Part shown: in pieces, positions 9,669 through 19,938 of the stretch
Layout of the letters: every line of letters starts with the position of its first letter
How positions within the stretch are numbered: position 1 is the first letter of the stretch
Assembly: GCA_036558805.1 (NCBI GenBank)
Contig: DATBEX010000049.1
Coordinates: 1-60,569, forward strand
DNA: 60,569 nucleotides
Direction of reading: 5' to 3'
From: Candidatus Udaeobacter sp.
Lineage (GTDB): Bacteria; Verrucomicrobiota; Verrucomicrobiia; Chthoniobacterales; UBA10450
Notes under the pieces: generated by a model
What the model saw: only the letters and a program-made list of their open reading frames with translations
Database searches by the model: none
What the model was told of the DNA's origin: nothing
Position numbers and translations under genes: made by a program

Positions 9669-10427
9669 TCAATCATGGGCTGGCGGGAGCGGAGCCGCCG
9701 TCTCTGGATGCACCGCTTCCGACGGAAAAAACAACAGCCTCGCGTATAAATACGCCGCAAACTCACTGACCACATTCTTAAGACCTTGGCTGTAATGCCA
9801 CCAACGGTTTGCGGGATAATCCACGCTCGCCACGGCGATGATCCCAACCTGTACGTTGTTTCCGAGCGCTTTTTGGAAAAGCAGGCGAGTTCGGCGCGCG
9901 TGTACATCCTCGGTAACAACATTGATGGCAGATACGGCCATGTTATGGTCACGAAACCAGTTCCGCAACGCAACTGCCGAACCGTACGTTCTGTCGCGGT
10001 CCATCACACGGGATGGGACCATCTGCAACGATTGGTCCGGCACGCCCGCCTTTTTCAAAAGGTCTGCCCCAACACTGGCTGAAGTCATGAAGTCGTTGGT
10101 GTATCCTCCAGTGCCTTCCACCGGCCCCCCCGTCGTAAAAACGTGTTGATAGCGGTTATCTTGGAATTCCTTTACTGCCGCCCGAATTGCATACTCGTTT
10201 ATCCACCCCTCGACTACAAGGTTATTCGCGTCGACGCGATGAGTTATCGCAAGAAATGGGTAAATGCTCTTTAGAACAAGCACGCTGACCAGCAAAAGCG
10301 CAGAAATGACAATCAGCCGTCCACGCCAGGAAAGGGACCAACGCTCCCTGCGATCAAACAATCCCCACATCGCTCGGCGCGGTGTCGCCCGTGGCAATGG
10401 AACAGACGAACTAACGCTATTTTGCAT
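9669..10427 (-). CDS. DUF218 (YdcF/ElyC/SanA) family membrane-anchored protein
   Basis: 252-aa ORF with an N-terminal TM (LIVISALLLVSVLVL), then VVEGW .. VFTTGGP .. RTYGSAVALRNW .. INVVTEDVHARRTRLLF, typical of DUF218. Alternative start at 10370. Confidence 0.7.
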   Translation of the reverse strand: MQNSVSSSVPLPRATPRRAMWGLFDRRERWSLSWRGRLIVISALLLVSVLVLKSIYPFLAITHRVDANNLVVEGWINEYAIRAAVKEFQDNRYQHVFTTGGPVEGTGGYTNDFMTSASVGADLLKKAGVPDQSLQMVPSRVMDRDRTYGSAVALRNWFRDHNMAVSAINVVTEDVHARRTRLLFQKALGNNVQVGIIAVASVDYPANRWWHYSQGLKNVVSEFAAYLYARLLFFPSEAVHPETAAPLPPAHD

Positions 10428-12081
10428 TGAAGAAACGGATCCTGGGCTTCAGTTCCAGGAGAATTTCAAAGAGCGAAAACGCCACTCGACGCATGTGCGG
10501 TACCGCACAAACTAAAATCGCTCCAGCAAAGAGTCCAATGGGAGCGCTGACCACCAATTGCACTAATGGATGGAAGTTCGCTAGAGGGAGGCGCGCCACC
10601 CATGTCACGCTGCACACAACTATCCAAAGCGGGAGATAGCGGAGAATCCCAGACCACAAATCCGCCGTAGTTACAGGTCCACGCCGTCCGGCAAAATAAT
10701 AAACAGCAGGCGTGCCGAATAGAAGCCCGGCCGCGGAAAAAGAGACCGCGAGTCCGACAGGGCCAAACGGTAGACCGGCAATAAAGGCAGCGATCGTGAT
10801 ACTGGAACAGAGCACGCTAGCGAACAGCCAATCTTTTCCACGCCCCTGAGTCTGGAATAGCCAAGTTGAGGCTCCCGTTAGCGGAACCCAAATGGCTGCA
10901 ATGGTAAAGCCAGCGAAAATAGGCACTGCCTGTTCGAATCTCGACCCGAGGACGACAAGAGTGAGAGGGCGAGCGAGAGCTAGAAGAAGACCAGTGAAAA
11001 GAAAGGTCACCAATGCCATCGCCTCGTATACGCGAAGAAATGTGCGCCGATATCGCTCCGGTTCAGCTTGGACCCGCGACAACGCCGGAATCAACACGGC
11101 ATTGATCGGCATCGTGAATTGTTCCAGCGGCCGCATGAGAAGGATAGAAGCTCTCGAATACAGGCCAACTGCTACTGGACCGAAAAAGCGACCGATCAAA
11201 ACATTATCCAAACCTCGAGCAAGCGTGTTTATCAGGTTCCCAATCGTGATGTTCGCCCCGAAGCTCAGCAGGTGCCGAGTTTGAGCATTCCGCGAGAACA
11301 ATCGAGGTTGCCATCCCGAAATTAGCCAGGACATCACGAGCCTCACCACGACCTGCATTACGTTGGCACCAACCAGCGCCCAGTAGCCGAATCCGGACAG
11401 GGCCATTCCGATCCCGGTCAGATAACCGGCGAGTACGCAAGTAACCTCGATGGTCGCGATGGCCCCGAACCGCATCTGCCGGTTTAGCAGAGCAATGTGT
11501 TGAACCGCCGAGGTAGTGAGAAGAAAGGTAATCGAAAGCGCCAGCGTGATACCTACCAGCCGTGGTTCGCGATAAAACCATGCGATTGCCGGTGCCGAGG
11601 CAGCAACGACCAGCGTAACAAGACCACCCACGCCAACGTTTACCCAGAAGAGATTAGACACCTGTGCGTGGTTAATCTCCTGCCGCTGCACGGTTGCCGT
11701 AGAAAGCCCGATATCCTGAAAAATCCAGAGAAATCCCATCATGGTCGTTACCATGGCATAAAGACCGAAATCCTTTGGTGTGAGCAGGCGCGCCAGCACC
11801 ATAATAAACGCGAGGTTTAACAGGAACTTGGTTGCCTGTGCGGCGATCGTGATAAAAGTCCCGGAGATCGTTCGCCCCTTGAGATCACCTAAGAGGTGAT
11901 CAGTATTAAGATGTTTATCGTTGGGATCGACCGCTTTCCTGGCAGTATCTTGTTCGCCTGTTTCTCGCGGAGCCACGTCAACTACAATAGCCTCATCTTG
12001 AGCTACGCTCGAACTGTTGTTAGTAATCATTTCGATTGCTTGGACGTCCAGGTTAGCTGGACTTGTGCTGCTGAGTAGCAC
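10417..12081 (-). CDS. Wzx-type polysaccharide flippase (MOP superfamily)
   Basis: 554-aa polytopic ORF. GRTISGTFITIAAQATKFLLNLAFIMVLARLLTPKDFGLYAMV is the typical flippase N-terminus. About 60 aa of hydrophilic leader, so the true start may be downstream. Confidence 0.8.
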   Translation of the reverse strand: MLLSSTSPANLDVQAIEMITNNSSSVAQDEAIVVDVAPRETGEQDTARKAVDPNDKHLNTDHLLGDLKGRTISGTFITIAAQATKFLLNLAFIMVLARLLTPKDFGLYAMVTTMMGFLWIFQDIGLSTATVQRQEINHAQVSNLFWVNVGVGGLVTLVVAASAPAIAWFYREPRLVGITLALSITFLLTTSAVQHIALLNRQMRFGAIATIEVTCVLAGYLTGIGMALSGFGYWALVGANVMQVVVRLVMSWLISGWQPRLFSRNAQTRHLLSFGANITIGNLINTLARGLDNVLIGRFFGPVAVGLYSRASILLMRPLEQFTMPINAVLIPALSRVQAEPERYRRTFLRVYEAMALVTFLFTGLLLALARPLTLVVLGSRFEQAVPIFAGFTIAAIWVPLTGASTWLFQTQGRGKDWLFASVLCSSITIAAFIAGLPFGPVGLAVSFSAAGLLFGTPAVYYFAGRRGPVTTADLWSGILRYLPLWIVVCSVTWVARLPLANFHPLVQLVVSAPIGLFAGAILVCAVPHMRRVAFSLFEILLELKPRIRFFNAK

Positions 12082-12143
12082 GTTTGATGTTCATCAATGC
12101 TACTCGAACCCTTCTTACCCGCGAAACATCCGGGCTCATTTCC

Positions 12144-13163
12144 TCAACTGGGCAAGCTCGAGTCACGCTGAAAAGAATGCATCACTTTGTCCCACGCTCT
12201 TAGCACGGAACACTTGGTCTGATTGTAGTACAATTGGGTATGCTTTGCAGCCCCAAATCCAAAAAGCTTTTCAATCCAGGCAAACTTCCACGATGCCTTG
12301 GGGAGAGAAAGCTGGCCTCCTAGTTCGGCAGCAAGTTGTTGCGCTTCCCGCACCAAGTCAGGACGGTTCGGATAGAAACTGGGCAACCAATCCTGCAAGC
12401 AAGTCACGCACGCAGCGCGAACCCGTTGATTGTCTTCCCGCGCGCGCAGGTATCCTATCTGGAGCTTCATCGCAAGGAGTTGCGCTTCCATTTTCTTTTC
12501 CGATCCGCCGATATGGCTCAGGCGACTACTTGGCGTGATGCGGTAATAGACCCTGCTCTGTGGAATGAACCGAATACCACTACTGCGATCAATTATGCGA
12601 GAGAAATATTCGCCATCGTCGTCTACTGAAAGTCGGGTGTCCCAGGGCCCGGCAGCCTCAGTCAACTCTCGGCTGACGAGCCAGGTGGCGGTTTGCACAT
12701 GCCAATGTCCTTCCCACTTTCTTATCAACCATTCAGTCGGGGCGAGGTCGAAACAAAGCGAAGTGGGAATAAACTTTGCTTTGCTTGGCCGGTATCGAAA
12801 AGAACCCCATGGCGAAGAAAAAAGTATCCGTCGGTCCTTCGTACGTGCGGCTTGCTCCATCTGGTGAGCGACCTTGTCTCGCGAAAGCAGGTCATCTGCG
12901 TCGAGCCATTGAATGTAATCGCCGCTACTTAGCGAAAATGCCGTGTTCCGCGCGGCGGAAGCTCCTTGATTTGATTGCGTAACAACGCGGACTCCTTTCG
13001 TTTCAAATTGCTTGGCTGTTCGCAAGGTGTGATCGGTAGAGCCATCATCAACCACGATGATCTCCTTATTGGGCCACGTTTGCCCAAGCGCGGAGCGAAT
13101 GGTTTCGGCGATCCAGGGCTGAGCGTTGTACGCTGGGATTAGGATGGAGACCAGAGAAGCCAT
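12144..13163 (-). CDS. Glycosyltransferase family 2
   Basis: 339-aa ORF. VSILIPAYNAQPWIAETIRSALGQTWPNKEIIVVDDGSTDHT and a later DADD motif. Confidence 0.85.
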   Translation of the reverse strand: MASLVSILIPAYNAQPWIAETIRSALGQTWPNKEIIVVDDGSTDHTLRTAKQFETKGVRVVTQSNQGASAARNTAFSLSSGDYIQWLDADDLLSRDKVAHQMEQAARTKDRRILFSSPWGSFRYRPSKAKFIPTSLCFDLAPTEWLIRKWEGHWHVQTATWLVSRELTEAAGPWDTRLSVDDDGEYFSRIIDRSSGIRFIPQSRVYYRITPSSRLSHIGGSEKKMEAQLLAMKLQIGYLRAREDNQRVRAACVTCLQDWLPSFYPNRPDLVREAQQLAAELGGQLSLPKASWKFAWIEKLFGFGAAKHTQLYYNQTKCSVLRAWDKVMHSFQRDSSLPS

Positions 13164-13268
13164 GTGATCAAAAATCAGAGTACGGAAAAGCGTGGCAAAG
13201 CGTTAAGAGGTTGAACCGTGTAATCACTGGATCGGACATTTGCAAAATTCGGCCTTCGATTTCAGGAG

Positions 13269-14576
13269 TCAGTGAGAAGATAAAGGATTGGCATAAACAG
13301 CCGCCGTTATCTCAGCTACCTTACTCCATGAGTATCGTTCATTTGCATACTGTCTGATCTGAGACCGCGTATTTTTCAGATTGTTGAATAGTTCGCTTTT
13401 GAAATACTCGTCGATCTTGTTTGCCAGGTCCGATGGATTCTGCGCTTTGAACACCAAGCCTGTCTCGCCTTCGACGATTTCGTTCTTCAAGCTCGCTACG
13501 TCGGCGGCAATAGCGGGTAGTCCAAAATTATAGCCAAGGAAAAGCACGCCGCTCTGAAACACCTGTGCATACGGTAGGATCAAAGCGTCGGCTGCTTTGA
13601 AATAGAGCTCCGTGTCCTCGTCAGGGATATACTCGATCTTCTGGATGACGCGATCATGAATTTTACCTTTGACTATGGTCCGCCGGATTTCATTCCAGTA
13701 ATTCTGTGGCCCCTTCGGCCTTCCCACAATCAACAGGCGATAGCTGCCATCTTTTTCTAAGAGTGCAGAAAAAGCGGCTATCAAGTACTCGAGCCCCTTA
13801 TAAGGGGCGATGTTTCCAAAAAACAGCATGACTTTATCGCTGCTGCTCACGTTCAATCGGCGCTTCGCTTCCGCGCTCGAGAGGCCGGTGTCTGGAACTG
13901 TGTTATTAATGCCAAATGGAATAACGCTGATCTTGCGTCCGGGAATATGAAACTCAGAGATCATCTGTTGTTTCATTCCGTCGGTGTGAACGAAGAGGTG
14001 GTCGCTCAAGTTGTACTGGACTTTCAGCGAAAGTCGATTCAGCCACGAATCGTTGGAATCCCGCTTACCCGCGTTCACGTTGTGGGCCGTGAGGACAATG
14101 CGTTTACCTAGCAGTTTGTAATACAGCATCAACAAAGTGCAGTCGAAGAGTTGAAATTTATTATTCCAGAGAATGTGAAAAATCTTCGGCTTCGCTGTGG
14201 CGCTGTACCTGATCAAGCGCCAGTAGTACGTCAACACTCTGGCCAGCTTTCTGGTGGATCCTGCGTCGGGATTCTGGTCTCCTCGCAGATTTAAAAAGTT
14301 CACTCGACTATTGGTTAGTAACTCCGGGACGTTCAAATCGTCACTGCCAATAAAATCAATGGAAATGCCTTCTGAAGTGAGCGCAGCTGCCATTCCAAGA
14401 GCATAGGGCTTGTCGCCGCCACCAGTGAGAAGGGTAACCCGAAGCGTCTGAGGATAGAGGCTTGATAAGCCCTCTGAGTTAGAGCTTTGGCGTGCTAAAA
14501 CGGACAAAGCGGCGTCTGAGGACTCAGATGATCCTTGACGTCCGATTTCCGGTGTCTGTTCGGCGAGTGGCATCAT
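13269..14576 (-). CDS. Glycosyltransferase family 4 (GT-B)
   Basis: The ORF track gives 13269..14609. I prefer ATG at 14576, which overlaps the upstream TGA (14573..14575) as ATGA. Motifs: RVTLLTGGGDKPYALGMA .. FGNIAPYKGLEYLI .. PSDLANKI. Confidence 0.8.
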   Translation of the reverse strand: MMPLAEQTPEIGRQGSSESSDAALSVLARQSSNSEGLSSLYPQTLRVTLLTGGGDKPYALGMAAALTSEGISIDFIGSDDLNVPELLTNSRVNFLNLRGDQNPDAGSTRKLARVLTYYWRLIRYSATAKPKIFHILWNNKFQLFDCTLLMLYYKLLGKRIVLTAHNVNAGKRDSNDSWLNRLSLKVQYNLSDHLFVHTDGMKQQMISEFHIPGRKISVIPFGINNTVPDTGLSSAEAKRRLNVSSSDKVMLFFGNIAPYKGLEYLIAAFSALLEKDGSYRLLIVGRPKGPQNYWNEIRRTIVKGKIHDRVIQKIEYIPDEDTELYFKAADALILPYAQVFQSGVLFLGYNFGLPAIAADVASLKNEIVEGETGLVFKAQNPSDLANKIDEYFKSELFNNLKNTRSQIRQYANERYSWSKVAEITAAVYANPLSSH

Positions 14577-15472
14577 TTGGCACCACGAACCGCCACCTCC
14601 AACTGGCACGTGACCGTGCTTAGCACCTCATCCACTGAAATGGCGCTTGTCGCGCGCTCATCGTATCCCCGTTTGTAGAAGAACTCTTCCAGCAGCGGCG
14701 AAATGACTTTTTTCTGAATCCCGTAGTCGTAAATTTCCCAAGGGCTCGTGCACGTAAAAACAGTCACGCACCGCGTACCGGTCCCGAGCGCGAAATGCAT
14801 CGGCAGACTATCGCCGCCAACCAGGCAGCTGTGGTTTCGGACATCGGCCAGATGCTCGAGCAGCGATGACCTTTCCGGGAGTACGTTGACGATCAACCCG
14901 CTATCTTCCAGGCGCCGCTTTAATTGCTCGTAATAAGCCCATTTCTTCATTGGCCAGACAGGTCCGGCATCTGCTGCTATGGCCACATCGCCAGACAGCC
15001 CGGTTTCAATCGGTTGCGGCAACAGATACGTCTCGCCCGAGAAATCGAACCCAAGTCCCCTAAAAATTAGCTCCTGATATGTCTGCCGATTGAGAAGCTT
15101 AAGTCGATCGGCTGCTGACCGTCCATGGGAACTGATGAGACTGAGATCAAACCAGCATCTTGAGTTCTCCGTATAACGCAAGCGCTGAGACGCGTCCAAA
15201 TAAGCACCGAAGATCTGTGGCGGTCGGACTGTCTTGAGAAAGGTTGCGACCTCGACGGTGTCTTCGAGATTTATCGCTAAGTCGTAGGGAATGTCTAATG
15301 CTCTCGCTCGCGCTTCCCACGAAAAATGACGCAAGTTGTCTGATAGACCGTCCAGCAACACAGCATTCTTCGCTGCTGTGATCCACGTGACCGAACCGTT
15401 TAATCGACGCAACAGGGGCGTCGTGCGAACAACATCCCCGGTAGCCCCAAGTTTGATGATTAAGACGTTCAT
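14573..15472 (-). CDS. Glycosyltransferase family 9 (heptosyltransferase-like)
   Basis: 299-aa ORF. MNVLIIKLGATGDVVRTTPLLRRL is the canonical GT9 N-terminus. C-terminal GGDSLPMHFALGTGTRCVTVF. Confidence 0.75.
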   Translation of the reverse strand: MNVLIIKLGATGDVVRTTPLLRRLNGSVTWITAAKNAVLLDGLSDNLRHFSWEARARALDIPYDLAINLEDTVEVATFLKTVRPPQIFGAYLDASQRLRYTENSRCWFDLSLISSHGRSAADRLKLLNRQTYQELIFRGLGFDFSGETYLLPQPIETGLSGDVAIAADAGPVWPMKKWAYYEQLKRRLEDSGLIVNVLPERSSLLEHLADVRNHSCLVGGDSLPMHFALGTGTRCVTVFTCTSPWEIYDYGIQKKVISPLLEEFFYKRGYDERATSAISVDEVLSTVTCQLEVAVRGAK

Positions 15473-15559
15473 ACCAGCTCAAGTTGGAAGCGACAGGTTG
15501 ATACTAGTTCTTTATCTCGTGTGACCTGGCCACAAGCATTACGTGCCGGGGTACCTATT

Positions 15560-17383
15560 CTAATTCTGTTCAATTAATTTTCTCTGGATGAATTCCAGCG
15601 TCAAAATCTTGTGTATCTCAGATGTATAGTTTCGCTGCCCGGTGGTATGAGCTTTAAGCATCGCTTCCACAGAATTCGCGCGAAGGTAGTGTCTGCTTCG
15701 CGCACCCGGGTCGAGAAGAATCTCCTTTAAGCTCGGCGAGAGTTCATCGCGGTACCAGACACGGAAATGAGCGACTTTGTGCCGCCCAAGGAACAGCCTT
15801 TCCAGGTGCATCGGGGCAAACATGTGATCGAGTTTCGCCAGCCATTGCGGCATGCCGTAATCATAAGCGTACTCCGCTTTAAAGGTGAATTCTTGGTACC
15901 AATGCAGCAACCGATTGAAATGGCGAATTGATCCGGAGGCGAGTCCGCGATCCGTCGCAATCCTTCCCAATGCCGGATTGCCATCAGCAATGAGTCGAAT
16001 CGCTGGCTCATTCTGCAACAGGCTTGCTGGCGTTTGATAAGCTAGCGCAACCAGATCGTTATCAAAATACGGAGTTCGATACGTGACCTGCGATCGTTCT
16101 ATGGCAAATTTACTCGCCATATACCATGGGGCCTGCTTAAAGGACGTGAAGGAAAGTCTGTGGCCTTGAAGCTCGTTAGCATAGCTCTCAGCCGCCTCCC
16201 GAAAAGAGTTTTCTAATTCTAGAGCGAACACCCCTTGTAGAATAGGAGTCGGCTTGAACATCACAAGACGCCTTAAGATTTCGCCGCCACAGACACCACT
16301 AAGTCGGACCGGGGCGATTTGGCGGGCGAATCTTTGAACGTACAAGTCGATCGACCCAGTTACGTCCATGGTACCGTCGCTGATATAAACGGCTTTCTCG
16401 GCGAGATCCTGGAACTGGGACAAGAACTCGTTACCCACCAGAATCGTATTGTGCGGCTGCCCGCAAAGTTTTGCGGCTCGTCGGGCGATCTTGACGTCCT
16501 CACATTCGCGATATTTCCCGCCCCATGTGTAGCATGGCAGCGTGCCGGCGAGAGAAGGCGCCCAGGCCAGGATCATTCGGCTATCGACCCCGCCAGTCAA
16601 AGACAGGCCGATGGGCTGTTTTCCAAGGAAATATTTCGGAAGGACCCGCGCCCAGGTCTCTTTCAAGTTCTCATAGAAGTCGGATTCGCTTAACTCCGGC
16701 TGGCTTTCCCATTCTTCTCGCTTGAAATAAGTCTTTTTCTTAACTGGTTCTCCCCTGGAAAACACCCACGACGAACCTGGTGGAAGCAAGGAGATCCCGG
16801 AAAAGAGCGTCCTGTTTTGCAGAATTGCCTCACAACAGAAAACCTCGCCCAGGCTGCGTAAATCAAGTTGACGAGTGTTGGGAAGGATCTTTAGAAGGGC
16901 CTTCGCTTCAGAAGCAAAATAAAATCCACGCGAGTCTTCGTGATAGTAAATTCGATTTACGCCATAGCGGTCGTTAAACAGAACGAGCTTGTGCTCACGA
17001 AGGTCCAATAACACACCGCTAAACCACCCGTTGAGCTTCTCCAGGAATCCATAACCCATTTCCTCGTACAAGTGGACAAGATGACTTGCGTCACTTGAAG
17101 TAAAGTCGTGCCCGCGCTCTCTCATAGCGTCGACATCAGCCTGGTCGGCGAAATCCTCGCCTGAAAAAAGAAGGCAGATGTCTTTCTTTTCATTCCAGAT
17201 CGGCAGACAATCTGCGAATGCTCCCTGGTGACAAACCCATCCGCTCCAGAGACCAAGCTGCTCGTTAACATAGGTGCCGCTAACATAGAACGGCTCATGC
17301 GTCATGGCCTCCAGCATGGACTGAATCAGAGAGCGCTCTCCCGATGGCCCGTGTTTACTGATTATACCAACAATCCCAGGCAT
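15560..17383 (-). CDS. Asparagine synthetase B-family amidotransferase lacking the N-terminal catalytic Cys
   Basis: 607-aa ORF starting MPGIVGII where MCGI is expected (ATG CCT; an in-frame TAA lies 3 codons upstream). PP-loop SLTGGVDSRM is present. Confidence 0.85.
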   Translation of the reverse strand: MPGIVGIISKHGPSGERSLIQSMLEAMTHEPFYVSGTYVNEQLGLWSGWVCHQGAFADCLPIWNEKKDICLLFSGEDFADQADVDAMRERGHDFTSSDASHLVHLYEEMGYGFLEKLNGWFSGVLLDLREHKLVLFNDRYGVNRIYYHEDSRGFYFASEAKALLKILPNTRQLDLRSLGEVFCCEAILQNRTLFSGISLLPPGSSWVFSRGEPVKKKTYFKREEWESQPELSESDFYENLKETWARVLPKYFLGKQPIGLSLTGGVDSRMILAWAPSLAGTLPCYTWGGKYRECEDVKIARRAAKLCGQPHNTILVGNEFLSQFQDLAEKAVYISDGTMDVTGSIDLYVQRFARQIAPVRLSGVCGGEILRRLVMFKPTPILQGVFALELENSFREAAESYANELQGHRLSFTSFKQAPWYMASKFAIERSQVTYRTPYFDNDLVALAYQTPASLLQNEPAIRLIADGNPALGRIATDRGLASGSIRHFNRLLHWYQEFTFKAEYAYDYGMPQWLAKLDHMFAPMHLERLFLGRHKVAHFRVWYRDELSPSLKEILLDPGARSRHYLRANSVEAMLKAHTTGQRNYTSEIHKILTLEFIQRKLIEQN

Positions 17384-17389
17384 ATCCGA

Positions 17390-18802
17390 TTAACTAGCAG
17401 AAGTTAGAAAAGAAGACTCGCAACCAGCAGATCTTCCATCCTGCCATCCGTTCGCTATAGGCAGCGTCTTTCGAGGCTGAAGATCGGGTTTCGGACCTTG
17501 GCCTACCACCCACGTCAAAATCTGCGTCATAAGCTGCGCTTTTCCATCCCAGCTTAGGCGCTCTCGAGCATAGCGCATTCCGCGCTGTCGCAACTGGTCA
17601 AGAAGACTTGGATCATCAGCCAACTTTGCCAGGACCTTTTCGATCTGCGAGACCACATCGTCTTCGTTAGTGAGAGGTACCTTGAAGCCGACCTCGGGAT
17701 CAACAATATCACCGGGTCCACCAAAATCCACAACCACGGGTACTGCGCCCATTGCCAGGGCCTCAAAGACTACAGCGCCGCCAAACTCGTGAACCGAAGG
17801 AAACACCAGCACATCGACCGCTCCGAGGCGCCGTAGGACTTCATCGTGGCTTAAGCTTCCACAGAAAGTAACACTGTTCTCGATCCCCAGCGCCTTGGTG
17901 AGTTGCTCAAGACTGGCCTGCTCCGGGCCGTCGCCAATAATAGTGAAATGAGCCCTGTCAGCTTGCAGCAGCGAAGCGGCCGCTCGTAGAGCGAGGTCAC
18001 AAGCCTTGTATGGGACAAGGCCGCCGACGAATATTAACTCAAGCTTGCCGCCACGTGCCGAGCCGCGTGAAGCACTCCCGCAACGTGAAGGATTGATGCC
18101 GTTCTCTCCCGGAACGAAAAATAATTTGTCGCGATATGCTGCGAACTCATTATAGGTATTTGAAGAACCTGCAATGATGGCCGACGCATGACGACAGGTT
18201 GACCGGGCGAAAGGCAAAAATCGGTAAAAATTCCTCAGGTTGGAGATCCATTCCTTTTGCTTCTTGGCTTGTCTAAAACCTGCTGGCCACGGCAAACCGC
18301 CGTTGATCGGGCCGATTACAAACGGAATGGGGCCTTTCCGGAGAAAAAAAGCAAACGGACTTGGCAAGACAGACGAAATAGGCAAAAGGCGCACGACCAC
18401 ATCGAATTCACCCGTCTTGATTCGGTTTCGCGTCTGCCGCCAGGCCTGCCATTCAAATGCCACACAAAAGATATAGTTAAAAGCAGTCAAAACCTGACTG
18501 CGGTAGTTATTCTTAAAGATCCAACGAACGATCCAGGAATACACATGATCGATCCGTGAAGTGGCGATGACTTCGATCGCATGAAACGGGGACCGTTTGC
18601 CGCGCACTGCCGCTTCGTCCTGACGACGAATGGCGAACGTCACTTCATGGACTCGCGCCAGAGCTGCGCCGTGCGCGTATCCAATAAGAGGCCCGGTAAT
18701 TCCGTCCGGGTTGCTAGCTGGAGCTAGCAGCAAGATCCGCAGCCTCGTCGATTTACGACTGTTGCTAGACAGGTGGGTTTCCATATGGCAGTCGGGACTC
18801 AT
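17390..18802 (-). CDS. Glycosyltransferase family 4 (GT-B)
   Basis: 470-aa ORF. LRILLLAPASNPDG .. LVFPSVHEFGGAVVFEALAMGAVPVVVDFGGPGDIV. Confidence 0.8.
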   Translation of the reverse strand: MSPDCHMETHLSSNSRKSTRLRILLLAPASNPDGITGPLIGYAHGAALARVHEVTFAIRRQDEAAVRGKRSPFHAIEVIATSRIDHVYSWIVRWIFKNNYRSQVLTAFNYIFCVAFEWQAWRQTRNRIKTGEFDVVVRLLPISSVLPSPFAFFLRKGPIPFVIGPINGGLPWPAGFRQAKKQKEWISNLRNFYRFLPFARSTCRHASAIIAGSSNTYNEFAAYRDKLFFVPGENGINPSRCGSASRGSARGGKLELIFVGGLVPYKACDLALRAAASLLQADRAHFTIIGDGPEQASLEQLTKALGIENSVTFCGSLSHDEVLRRLGAVDVLVFPSVHEFGGAVVFEALAMGAVPVVVDFGGPGDIVDPEVGFKVPLTNEDDVVSQIEKVLAKLADDPSLLDQLRQRGMRYARERLSWDGKAQLMTQILTWVVGQGPKPDLQPRKTLPIANGWQDGRSAGCESSFLTSAS

Positions 18803-18828
18803 GGCGTTGAAGGCTGCTAATATCGCGA

Positions 18829-19875
18829 CTATTTAGTGCCAAATTCTTGTCGAAATATCGAGCCGTATGCGCGTTTCATAAGCCGGGCGATGTCGAGAGA
18901 AACGGCCATTGGGAGGCCAGCGAGCACTGGGTGCTGCATTCCTAACGATCGAAGTATTGCACTCAACTTATAATGTGCGGACATCCAGTTCGTGTCACAC
19001 TCCAAACCCGGACGGAATTTGGCAGAAGACAGAGTGTACGGCGACACGTCAAGATATACCATCTTAAAATACTCTCTAAGGTCATTGCGTCGCTCCGAGT
19101 TCCAAGGCGCCACCCATGGCTTAGTGCCCATACAATGAATGAACGTTGGTCCGTCCCCAAACAGACTCCGCAACCGCTCCGCTGTCGTGTAACCCCATAC
19201 ACCGTCAAACTGGACGATATCTTTACCTCTGCGAAGCACCCTAAGAGGGACATGAGCGAATTCGGTAGAAGTTAAGAGTGCGGTCAAGACATCTTGATCG
19301 CCCTGCATGTGAATGGGCCTTTGCCGCCACCCTTTTTGCTGGTAGCTTTGGTATTCATCGGATTGTAGCAGCTCCCACCATCGTTTCATCAACGGATAAT
19401 GCTGTCTGGTCACCCGGAGTACACCAGAATTGAGAGAAGCCGGGAGAACTCGACCGACCGGAAACTGCCACAATTGTGCGCGACGCCCGGCTCCATCATG
19501 GTCGTAGTGGTCTGGCGAACACGTGTGCTCTGTGGCGACAAAGACTGATTCATCGAGGCCATCGAACAATGGATGAATGTCCCTGGTTACAAACATGTCC
19601 GAGTCGATCCAAATGACTTCGTCGAAGCCAGTATCGAGTAATCGCATGATTGCCTGTGGCTTTACGTTCCAGCCGTAACCATTCCTTAGGCCGTCCGTCT
19701 GTAGCCGTACTTGCGGGTAGGCATTTAGCCATCGACGAAGTCCTTCGTTTGCAAAAGGATAGAACAAGCTGATCGCCCTGCCGGGGCACTGAAGACCCAG
19801 GCTCGCCAGAACCACCCTCAGGGAAGGCTCCCATGCTTCTCGGTCCTCGTTGACGCAGATAGTCGATTGAAACAT
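18829..19875 (-). CDS. GT-A fold glycosyltransferase, GT8-like
   Basis: 348-aa ORF. WNVKPQAIMRLLDTGFDEVIWIDSDMFVTRDIHPLF (DxD), LNSGVLRV, GDQDVLTALL. Confidence 0.6.
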   Translation of the reverse strand: MFQSTICVNEDREAWEPSLRVVLASLGLQCPGRAISLFYPFANEGLRRWLNAYPQVRLQTDGLRNGYGWNVKPQAIMRLLDTGFDEVIWIDSDMFVTRDIHPLFDGLDESVFVATEHTCSPDHYDHDGAGRRAQLWQFPVGRVLPASLNSGVLRVTRQHYPLMKRWWELLQSDEYQSYQQKGWRQRPIHMQGDQDVLTALLTSTEFAHVPLRVLRRGKDIVQFDGVWGYTTAERLRSLFGDGPTFIHCMGTKPWVAPWNSERRNDLREYFKMVYLDVSPYTLSSAKFRPGLECDTNWMSAHYKLSAILRSLGMQHPVLAGLPMAVSLDIARLMKRAYGSIFRQEFGTK

Positions 19876-19938
19876 ACCTTTTGCGTGATTCAGCCTACAA
19901 CGATTAAAAAAATACCGCTAGATTCTCAAAGCGGTGGG

